A stretch of DNA of 64,000 nucleotides from Phoronis australis. Lineage: Eukaryota > Animalia > Phoronida. Every line of letters begins with the position of its first letter. Position 1 is the stretch's first letter. The stretch is taken from the NCBI GenBank assembly GCA_002633005.1, contig NMRA01000123.1, positions 340,364-404,363 of the forward strand, read 5' to 3'. Positions 40,501-52,500 of the stretch are shown one piece after another. The notes beneath the pieces are model-generated. The model searched no databases. It was not told the DNA's origin and saw only the letters and a program-made list of their open reading frames with translations. The position numbers were made by a program, and so were the translations under genes.

Positions 40501-43500
40501 AAGGTCTAAGGTCTCAACATTACTCCAGTTACTACGAAGCGAAGGGTTTGTCAAAAATTGGAATTGGAACACTCAGTCACCTGGGTTTTACAAAGATGCC
40601 ATACAAATCCTTGTTCGCAAGTTTTACCATTTCTGTTATACATTAGCATGCATCCGAGATTAATGTCTATTCTGTGGTCCGGTGGATGACTTAGTTGCGT
40701 GCATATACTCCATGACCCCAACATAGTTAGAGATTTTACTTGAAATCTCTAGTTTGGACTCGGCTGAAGTCATTGTTAGAATTGATCTATCGCAAGCTCC
40801 GCTCCCTCGCAAAAAATCGACAAACAACCAATAGGTTTTACCCGACAACGTGTTGCTTGACGGGTAAAATGGCGGTTTGGAAACGAACGTGTGTCAAGAA
40901 TGCTGCGTTCTGATAGGTCAGTTCAGCCTTCACTCAAAATTTTGGCTATAGGTTAATTTAGTGATTTTTGAGTGCGAAATTGAACAAGAGAATCACCTAC
41001 ACAAACCACATAATTATACTCTAGTACAGATTAACAGATACGTATCTTAAGTTTGTATTGGAGTAGAAACCAACCTACCAAAATAGCTTTGGAATTACGA
41101 CGTGCCTCTGACTGAGAACACTCGTACACTGGGTTTTGTACGACGCATGCTGTTATTTTCATTAATGGATACGGTGAGGGGCAATATTTTTGAATGACCT
41201 GGCATAAACATGACTCCCTATCTTACGAAACATTGTGTATTGTTGAACACATCCAGGTTTGTTCATGGAGTTGAATGCAAAACCAACATGCGGGCCTTTT
41301 GCTGATCAATTTATGGTAGGTGGTAGTGTTGCACGGAGAATAAGCAAAGGTTGCCAGTAACTGAAATGGATCGTCTCTCTAAAATAACCAGGTACCTGTA
41401 ATCACAGAATGAAGTTTCGGCTGATATTTGTGACATGACACGCAACCATTCTGCCCCTTGATTTTAAAGCCTGCACTACGTTATACTCACCGCTTCTTGG
41501 TGCTTGGTACAAGAAACGTTTTGGTGTACCGTCAATGGTCATGCCGAGCTTATCGTTTTTCTGACCACAATAGAGGTACGTCGATGAGCTTAAGAAATCT
41601 TTCCTTTGAGGATTTGCAAAGACGATTGCTCCAGCTATACCGGCCCGTTTTGTCTCCCCTGAAACAGTTAAGAGTGGGTTCAGTCAAGCAACAGTTGCTC
41701 CACACATGCACTAGTTGGTCTCGCTTGACGGGTTTTTCGACCAAGTTTTCGAAGAAATGTGAAAGATTATATTTTCACTGTAGCCTCATTTCAAAGGAAA
41801 CACCCCCAGTTCATTTTCAGGTGACTGAACTTTCTGTTAACATGCAAGGGCATGAAGTAGTATTGATAGAATGAATGTTGAAGTCACTGACTCGGTTAGA
41901 ATATGAATAATGTTAAATCTCCTTTCGAGGTCGTGGAGTTTATTGAAACCACTATCCTTCGGTCTCATCTAGAGACCTTCGACAGACGTAAAAATGCAGG
42001 TAACTAGAGCCACACCCGTGTCTGTTACGTCATCGCTGTCACTGATATGTCAAGCGATGTGACCACTACCGGATCGTTGGGAACAAGTTTGGTAGGTAGC
42101 GCGAATATCGCCCGAGCCTCTGTTAAGTGATGGAGCTTGCATCATTCTGCACTTGTATATGTATTTGCTCTCTTTCATTAAGAGGGTAGCATTATCCGAA
42201 AAGATGTCACGCGAAGTCTGAAAACAGTGCTCACCAATCGCTTACACAGAGCAGGTGTTCCTTGATGCTCGTGCCGAGCTTCCAAGCAGTGCCTCATTCA
42301 GACGACACACACCAACTCTTCAGATAATGCTATCATCGTAATAAAAAGCAATTATTGGTACTGAAAAGGCAAGTGGAAGCGGCGAAAATCCACTAAAACA
42401 CGCCATCACTCAACAGTGACTCGGGCTACAATCTTCCCGTCATCTACCACAACTCCATCCCGGCGAATTGGGATCCAACAGAGGTCACATCGCATGGCAA
42501 AAGACAATGATGACGCAACTGACACGGGCGAGTCTCCACTTAATACACCATTCCGTACCCTATGAAGGTCTCGAGATGAGTTCAAAATCTATGGATTTCA
42601 ATAAAATCCATGACTCCGAAAGGTAATGTTACATTATTCCATACATGTTTACAGGATGCACCTCGATATAATCCTTAAATATCTGACTTTATTGTGCATA
42701 ATCCTGAGAAGGATCGCTACATCTGGTTCCAGGGGTCTATTGTACAGACGCAATTACAGTGCGCGCGTTCTCAAAAGAACACGTTAGCGATACATATCCA
42801 TTAAAAATACCCCATACGCGTTAAATAAGTCGAGTGCATTACCGCCATGCGATATTGCATTCCTGGGACTACTTTAACAGTGCCCTATGACAGTGAAAGT
42901 AAAGAGGTAGGTCAATGTCGACTCGACGTACATGTACAGTAGTTAGCGGGTTCGATCATAACACTTTCCCACCGTAGTTTTAAGTAGTACAATTACAGCA
43001 GCATAAAAAAACACTTAACATGCAATCAGGTCCCAAACTTAACATGTCGTACAAAACTGTTAATTATAAGACACTTCTCTTTGTTTCATTTGCTAAATAT
43101 TATATCGTCTTCAACTCAGGCGCCGCAATGTTAAATACTGTTCTTATTTAATTATTTTCAGAACATGTTACAAGTTCAATACAAAATTGACATTGTTTTC
43201 ATATTTTGTAAGAAAACTTTAAGTATGAGCCAATTTCCAAATTATTGGTCTTAACATCTACAATATAAATAAAGAAACTAATTCCAGAAACTAAAACAGG
43301 ATAATAAACTGCATTGTGTCCTTATAGTATTTAATAAAAATAAAGACAATTGAAAAAGTGCAACATGTTTTTTTTTGGTATTTTGCGTTAGTCAGTCAGA
43401 TGGCTCAAAGTACCCCAACTACGGGGCACTTTGATCCAGGCATGGGGCACTTTGATCCACAGCAAAGTATAGTCAACACAACGCATTCAATATCTTAAAA

Positions 43501-46500
43501 AATATATTTGGTTAATTAAAGAATGTTTTTGACTTTATACTTGATACTGTTTGACGAAATAAGAAATAAACTAACTACCAGTTTAACCCAGGTTTTAATC
43601 TAAACACGAGTCACACCTAACGTCTCTAACACCAATGTACGATGTGCATGCTTCGTGGGCCCAGTCAAGGCAGGTTTTGCACTGTATCCAATCTTCTGCA
43701 ATTGGTTCCACATACTGTTCATTTCATATCAGGCAGTAGTAATTTCTGACAAGGGACATGCCACCTCCTTTCCGCAAGCCTTTACTGGATCGCTTTGGCT
43801 GTGAGGTCATGGATGATGTGTACGGTTGATTTTTTAGTTCTTTGACGTTCTTTTTCGATCAGCTTTCTTTTTTCAGGGCGTCTTGTCAGAACCTTTGCAT
43901 ATCCATGTTGGCGATTTTGATGCTGTGGCTGCAGCAGTGGAAAAATGCGGCATCAGACGTATGTCTTATAGGTCATCGAAACGGAACAATCTCTCTGTCA
44001 TGCATTCCTTTATTAGTCTTTCGTTGATATTTTTTAACCATTTTCTACAATACATTTGCATCAAAATACTTAAAACTTGTTTAAGTTGTTGCTTACATAA
44101 CGTTGGGGCATTATCAGCCATGGCTCAACCTGCCCCGCACACTATGGCTCATAGTGCCCCATCCTGTTGCTGTTATGTAACTTTAGGTAGAAGGCTGGAC
44201 CTGAGAAATGGTGTCACGTCCAAACTTTAACTTCATAACATATTCCCTAGATTCAATACCGTTGGTTCACAAGTGATCCGTTTATTTAGTAAAATCAGTG
44301 TGCTTGCTACCCTCGGTAGTGATAGCATGCGCGCTTAAATTACAAGAGGAAGTGAACAGGCGGAAGTTGGAATTGTTTGGAAAAAACCGGGCAAATATGG
44401 ACCACAAAACACACGCCCCTCCATTGCAGCTTATCGTCTGAGTTATTTGCTGACAAGAGGAATTGAATTTAGTTAGTGAATGGCTCATATATTTACGAGG
44501 AGAAATGAAAGAGTTATCAATGCCCGGTTGCATGAAACAATCCCAAATCAGGGACTCGACTAAAATCTCTAAATCTACTGCGTATTTTTGAAAACATCGA
44601 CCTCCCTTTCTTGTATTGTTTTAATTTCATTACAAAGTCAACTTTTGAATTTGATACAAATGGCTCTGCTCAAATGGAGAATGAACGCTACGTTAAATTG
44701 TCAATATTATCGAAAATAAATAGGGATCTTTTCATGGAACACCCCGATTTAAAGACAGGCAAAAAGGACCCGACTGCCTTTTAAATATGTTAAATACACG
44801 TACTTTTGTGCAACATATATTTGTTTCGTTTTATTGCACACAATCACTAAAAAATTACTGCACATTTTATGCCCCCCCCATATTATGTGCCCCCATCGGA
44901 AACCCCTTTTATCTTCTCGACAAGTCCCAGTAGACTGGTCTATTGGCATCATCGTTGTGAGCAACACATTCCCGCACTAACCACAACCTGAGCAGTTGAT
45001 CGGCTGTCGGGACAGTAAAAATTTAAGTACCCGGTAGTTTGCTCAAGGAACATCACCAATGGGGCTATTCGGAGAATTCTCCTCGCGGTGTCGCTGCTGT
45101 ACTAGTGGTGATTGAATTGCGCATGCGTGGCTGTCTGCATGTAAACAACTGGTAAAAGATGGAATTTTTATCAAAATACGTCGTCGCGCTAAGCCTTATT
45201 ACTGCTAATTTTCCTGGTGCAAGTCTTCGACAGGTGGCCACAAATTCCCAAAAGACCTAAGGTTACCATATTTGTGGACAATTGCGGTCAACAGGGTCAA
45301 CTAACTGACAAAAAGTGTGTGAATGCTGAAGCCCCGTGTTTGCTCTCTATGTCTATAAGTGACTATGCAGATCCATTCGGAGACTACACAACATTACTTG
45401 GTAAGTTTTTAGCAATGAGTTTCTATCAACATCGTTCGGTGATGTTATCCTCACCAGTTACCCCTCTGAATAACAGTTTTATTGAGTGGAACTAAGGGTT
45501 TATTTTTGGAAACTCACCCGATGCCGGGTAGCTAGGCTAGCAACACGTATTCATATTGTCGTGGGTGGGAGTGCTCTCAAAATAAGATGCAGTCACTGAA
45601 TGTCATTTCCCCATAATCTGTACCAAATTGAAAAGTTTTTACCAATAGTATAAAGCCTTTCTTCTGAAAGAAAAATTTAATGTCACTCAGCTTTTAGCTT
45701 TCATTTCACTGGGTTCTAGTTTCAATGGCCTATAGAAGCGCTTGTAATAAAGGTCCAGTTTCAACACGTGGCTTTCTTTCTATGTAACCTCATTCAGCCT
45801 CAATAACATCCACAATTAGACCCTTGAAGGTAAACACAGCAGCATATCACTTGAATCGTTTTGAGCTCAAAATCAGACTCTGAACTAGACCAGAGTGTGA
45901 CTAGGTCTTCTTTAGCTTCAGTCCCTCATGTTTCTTCCAGGAAAGGAAATAAGCTATTGTCCACACATGACTCATTGCCTATGAAAGACCATCCTCACCA
46001 ACAAGGNNNNNNNNNNNNNNNNNNNNNNNNNNNNNNNNNNNNNNNNNNNNNNNNNNNNNNNNNNNNNNNNNNNNNNNNNNNNNNNNNNNNNNNNNNNNNN
46101 NNNNNNNNNNNNNNNNNNNNNNNNATCGTTAAAATAATCACAAACCTTACCTTTGTATGAGGTCGTGCTTACTTCCTCTCATAGAAACACCCTTTTTACG
46201 CAATCTCAGATTCAGTTGGCACGGCTGCAAGCCATTTCACCATGTATTTAAAGGGCTCGCGAAATCGAGGCTGTTAATCTATCACCACTAGTACACGTAC
46301 GCCCTCTAGTTATTGTAGATTTTCCGAATAGCCCCATTGGAAACATCACCGACGTTAGACACCACTGTCGATTGATAATGTAATTACCAAGCAAAATAAT
46401 CGTGTCAGGTAATTAAAACACCATTCTCAAGCATTTTCCATGATTCCTGAAGTATTATCCAAGAAAAAAAAGGCAAAAGAAAAACACACGGAGAACGCGT

Positions 46501-49500
46501 CAAACAGGAAAAACTGCAATTACCACTGACTCGAAATCACGACCTGGCGTATAGAGCGCGTGTGCTTTACCAGTACACCACCACGATTTAAGTCCTACTT
46601 TAATACTAAGAGACCTACTTGCTTATGGTCCACAGCGTTTGCACGCGAAACCTACTTCTTTTTGTAATGCTTATTACACGTTTTATATTTTGTGCAATCG
46701 GCTCGTAACAAATTTGTTCTATTTAAAATAGTCTTCAATTGCACAAAAGGCAAAATCCGTTTTTCGTGTTGGCAATAATGACGCGATTGCTTTGGAAATC
46801 GTCTTAAGTTAAGGTTTGACAAAGAGAGAATTATGAGTTTCTGAGTGATTCACTAAGGCTTCGATTAAAATTCACATCTTACCAGCAGCTTCTGTTTTTT
46901 CATCACCACTTAGCCCCCATTTTCTTTAAAAAATGAAGTAATTTTCTTCATTGCACAGTGGAGCAGACGACGGAAACGGAGTCGTAGTGCGCAGCGCTTC
47001 TGCCGGTCGCCTGGGATATCGCGGGAGAGCTAGTACATGTATGCTTAGCCATAATTCTGTTACGAATGCGCCGTGTTTCGAATTTGAAACTTTAAGTTGG
47101 ATCTTGAGCCCCCCCTCAAAACACTAAAACTGCACATAATTAAATCTTGTATAATTTTAATTACCGGGCCCCCTGCCCCCCCTTAAATCCGCCTACGACA
47201 ACAGACCACATTACTGTACACTTCAGTCCATCAGTCATGCCAGTTTGGTTGCGTAAAGCGCTGCCTGTTGATAATTCGACTAGCCAGTCAGAAACGCCGG
47301 TGTAAAAAAAAATTCCCGAGGAAAATGGGGCTATTCGGAGAATTCTCCTCGCGGTGTCGCTGCTGTACTAGTGGTGATTGAATTGCGCATGCGTCGCTGG
47401 CTGCATGTAAGCACCTGGTTAAAGGACGGATTGTTATCAAAATACGTCGTCGCGCAAAGCCTTATCATTGCAATTTTCCGTGGTGCAAGTCTTCGACAGA
47501 TGATCGCTAAATACCAAAAGACCTAAGGTTACTACATTCGTGGAGAATTGCGCTCAAAAGGGTCAGCCAACCGACAAAAAGTGTGCGGATGCCGAAACAT
47601 TGGGAGACTACATAACGTTACTTGGTAAGTTTTTAGCAGTCAAGTTTCTATCGACATCGTTCGGTGATGTTATCCCCATCAGTTACCCCACTCAATAACG
47701 GGTTTATTGAATGGAACTAAATGTTTCTTTTCGGAAACTCACCCGGGACTCGGATGCCGGGTAGGCTAGCAGCACATACTCACATATTGTCCTCCAGGGG
47801 TGGGAATGCGCCCAATATAAGAGGTGTATGGTACGTGACGCTCAGAAGTCAAGGGTGACTTTTTTCACAGCAATTTCTCTTCAAAGCTATGCTATGTCCA
47901 ATAAAATTCTCTAGACGAGTGAGTTTCCTTAATTTATAGCGGACCCCACCCCCAGAACTACCAGATTAGTTACCGAATTAACATGAATAAGCTATTCAGT
48001 AAACGTCATTACATTGCATTGGAATAAAAAATGACACCTAGAATGAATTTTACTTGTTGAGGTCAGATGCACATTTTAGGTGTCCTGAAAAATACACATT
48101 ATTAAATCACTTTTAGCCTGTTTCACATAGTTTATTCAGATCCTAAATAAGACTTGGGTATAAACATTATTAGTTTCTACTTATAAACATGAAGATTAAA
48201 CGTCAAGTATGTTCTGCCTTACTAAAGTAGTTTTGTCTTGTGTTTCCTTTTATAATTTGCTAATATTTCTCCGACTATTCTGTTACAGGTGAGAGAAAAC
48301 GAATGAAACCAGCCGCCTGACCGTCTATTTTACCTTTGGACAAAGTGAAAAGCAATCCTTCAGCAGTAACCTGAGAGAGTTGAACCTAATTGATATGCCT
48401 GATTATGGACTCCATTGCATGGGAAAATTACAATTCTTCTTAACAATGTTGTTTCTTTATACACATGTACTTTTCTTGCATGTGGAATTTTGTTGTGGAC
48501 AAGTTAACACAAAACTTCAAATTGTTCAAAGGCCTTCTTAAGGAAGCTCTAAAAATAATTACACACACAAACAAATCAAATGCAAACAAAGGAAATACTT
48601 CATTTTGATTGCTGCACATTTCAGGAAAACGACAATTCGCAAGCGTAATCGCTAATCATTTCAGCTTTATAAAGAATATGCACAGCTGCACTGTATGGGG
48701 CTTTAAAACTGAGAAAATATTGTGGTTTCAATAATTAGTGACAAACTTGCCTGTTAAAGAAAAATTTATTCGATCATCAAAGTGTAACATTAACGGGCTT
48801 TCTACTGACAATAAAACAATCGATGCAGTCACTGAATGTCATTTCCCCATAATGTGTACCAAATTGAAAAGTTTTTACCATTAGTATACAGCCTTTCTTC
48901 TGAAAGGAAAAGTTAATGTCACTCAGTGAGAAAGGACAGGTATTTATACCAGATGCTTTTGGTTTTCATTTCACAGTGATCAAGTTTCAATAGCCTATAG
49001 AAGCGCTTGTAAAAAAGTCCAGTTTCGGCACGTGACTTTCCTCCAGGTAACCGCATTCAGCCACCAATTAGATCCTTGAAGGTAAACACAACAGCATATC
49101 ACTTGACTCGTTTTGTGCCCAAAATCTAACCCTGAACTAAACCAGAGTGTCACTACGACTTCTTTAGCTTCAATCCAGCATGTTTCTTCCAGAAAAGGAA
49201 ATAAGATATTGTCCACACATGACTTATTGCCTATGAAAGGCCATCCTCACCATCGAGGCTAACTTGTGTAGCAGTCAGATATAGTTCATCTTCATACCCA
49301 AACAATCCACTGGCACGTTGTCTTATGGTAACTGCCTACTGCGTTTCACATTTCACCACGGCCACTGATATGTACATTGTGTCATGCAGCACTACTGGTG
49401 TGGAAATGCTGTGGGATGAGAAAGAAGTAACAACGCTTGTTAGCTTCAGTCAACTGCTTTAAACCAATTTTTTTCCATTCAGTGTCGATGCAGAAGCGAT

Positions 49501-52500
49501 GCATATCTTCTCGATGCACGGTACAAGCCCTCAAACCTAAAAACCAAAGGTCATTTGAAAACAGACATGATATATTTTCATTTCAACGCGTAATTGATTT
49601 CCGGAAGACACAGGATGGGAGTAAATAAATATTCTAATGGATATTTGTCACGTACCCTTTGCCATGGAACTTGGCTTGGATTGTAATCTCACTAACCAAT
49701 ATCGAGTTAAACATTCAGCATTGATTTATGTAACTGTTACTGCTAAACCTGTTAGAAATCATTCTAAACAATAATACTGCTTCGATGTACGAAAAGATCC
49801 CGAGTGCTACGTCAGGTATCGTAACATGCATCACAACAAACTAAGAGTAACCCGACTGGCGACTGCCGCGAAGTCGACATCGGCGAGTATCTCAGTTAAC
49901 AGGCATCAGTAGAATAAACATGGAATAATCGTTAAAATAATCACAAACCTTACCTTTGTATAAGGTCGTGCTTACTTTCTCTCATAGAAGCACCCTTTTC
50001 ACGCAATCTCAGATTCAGTTGGCACGCCTACAAGCCATTTCACCATGTCTTTAAAGGGCTCGCGAAATCGAGGTTGTTAATCTATCACGACTAGTACATG
50101 CGCGCCCTCTAGTTAATGTAAAATTTTCCGAATAATCCCATTAGCGATACCTGCGTGCTGGCGCGGCTACTGCCCCACCTAGCGGCACGCAGGGAACCAA
50201 CGAGGCATCAGAGTAATCATGAGTCGGCAAGCCCTCGTTTCTGGGACAGCACGCGCGACATACGTATGAGTCATGTGTCACTCAACTGTTGCAGCCCATG
50301 TATCGCGTACTTCAGAGGTGGGAACTTAGATGTGCACACCTCCCAAGTCGCACATCAGTTCTAAATGAAGTATTGCACCGGCTTGGCTCGATTAAGCGTT
50401 TGGGTGCATGTGACTATAAGATTCATCTGATTCATCTTTAGCCTTGTGACACATTCTTTGAACTCAAGATCGCGAAACATTACAAACCCCGCATGTGAAC
50501 GTCGGACTGTACGGCTTTGTGTACACGTGTGCAGTCAGCATGTCGATGGGTTATGCTATGACGGAGACGGCGCTCTTCTCTGACTTCAAAGTATAAAATG
50601 ATAGTTTAAATATGACCACCTATTCGTAGCGCTAACTTTGTCTGTCCTTTTTATTCAATATTTTGTTCCCACCTCGTTCGTTAGACTTTCCTGCTTCTCT
50701 CAGTAATCGGCGCGAATTAGCCGCGCGGCTACAGGCTAAAGTTCGTACGCCTTGTGTAAATTGCCTTTGTCTTCAAATGAAGAATAACAGCGATAAAAAT
50801 GATAAATTTTTGTCGTCTCAAGGCGGTGACAAAATTGTTGTGTTTGTTTCGTCTGTCATTTTTTGTTTGATATTTTGCCCGTACCTCAATAGGCCTAGCT
50901 TAGATCTTCCTGACGGCCTGTTGTTTGTATCGATCTCAGACATTTAAAATGCAAATTGACCAATTGACCTGTACTGTTGTGTTAGAATCTAATCCAACGC
51001 ATACAATTCGGGTGGCAAGTGAAACACGGATGACTTCCGACACAATTTCAACTTAATTGTGTCGCAGCGTATGCTCATAAAATTAATGTTTTTCTTCATA
51101 GAAATAATGGTGAAAGCAAAAATGAAATCTGGTGAAAAAAACTAAACGTATTTGGAATTTCACGGGAAAATTTTTATACATAATTTCCCAATTTTCGACC
51201 GCAAGAAATAACGTCGGATTAATTTGAAGTCAAGCGTATTAGCAATTTCGTTGATTGATTATACATTTTACCCACCAACAGCAAATATCGCTTCCGAGAC
51301 AGTCCGTAGCGTGTTCCGTGACAATTTGCCGGTTTTTCCCTTCTGTTTCACTCTAATCGGATTCCTCTAGTTCGATCATATACGGCGTTATTTCATCCAA
51401 ACGTTGTTTCTACATTTCCTTAATCTTCCATTTTGCCGTGCATTTCATTGAACTCTTCCGCGGTAACGTCTGTTCATGGCAAGGTATATGTTTTTCTGAC
51501 CCATGTGCGAAATATCTTGGGTCATTCTTTTTTATCATGCTGCGCGTGAGCCTTTCACTTCGTAAGATGTGTAATGCCTCCTTACGCCACGACACAATCC
51601 CGTAATTATCACGGAGCGACTAGAAACGTACTAGTTCTCTGGTACACGCATTCCGCCAGGATGTCGCCGTGGGTCCGACGAATCTCCATTCATTGCCAGC
51701 CTGTCCCCCAATGCACGCAGGGACCCTGCACTATAATTCGTTCGTTAGACCCCGTCGTCTTTGTGAATAAGCGTTTGATGTTAGACTGAGTAAGTGGTCC
51801 CCACCGAGAACGTGTTACTGACTTCGGCGACGTTAGACTATCTAGTCACAGTGCCTTGTAAGATATTACATGTACATGCACGTGGAAGTGTCGAGACAAT
51901 TGTCGAATAGTATTTTAAGGTTGTTGTCCCTAACAGATGAAATGTTGAAAATCCGTGATTTGAAATATGTACCCGTCACCGTAAGGTAAGTTTCCTGTGG
52001 CACGGACTGTACGGTACGTCTTGGGTCACAACGATGATGTCATTTGCGTCGTTTAGAACGAGCGCCACCTAAAGTTTTTTCCAGCTCTAAATGGGGTTCT
52101 TGGTGGAGTCTTACGATAGTAATTGGCGTAATTAGCTAATATCAGGAGTAAAGGAAGGGATGATATGTTTTTGTCGTTCAATGATACACATGTTTAACTT
52201 GTTCAAAATTCATTTGGCCGTTGTACGGGGTCTTTAAGGACAGTGTCCCTATTCATTTTCAGTGAACTCAGGGCTCAGTTTTACGTACAGTATATTATTT
52301 GAAAATGTCATTAATGAACAAGGAGCTCATAATAAAAATGAAATGATAGAAAAATATTGCATCTGTGAGTCTATTAAGACACAAATACGCAAAAACACCC
52401 AGGGACCTTAGTTGAGTCCCTACTGTTTCATGCAACCGGCAACTACAGCAGCGTCGTGATAGTAAACGTAGATGTAAGTAGGCGCTTAATGTCCGCCGTA

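Noticed and set aside
46880-46960. Possible alternative first exon MKKQKLL|gtaag
   Set aside because: The phase-0 donor does not fit the downstream phase-1 exon, there is no signal peptide, and the context (MKKITSFF, G/C-rich terminus at ~47170) looks like a hAT-type transposon remnant.
45061-50139. The two GGGGCTATTCGGA elements as an assembly duplication around the N gap
   Set aside because: They have different flanks, many substitutions and a different internal deletion, so they are independent insertions.
51410-51600. MADF/Myb-like fragment (KNDPRY...KCTAKWK)
   Set aside because: Too short and degenerate; no partner transposase or termini identified.
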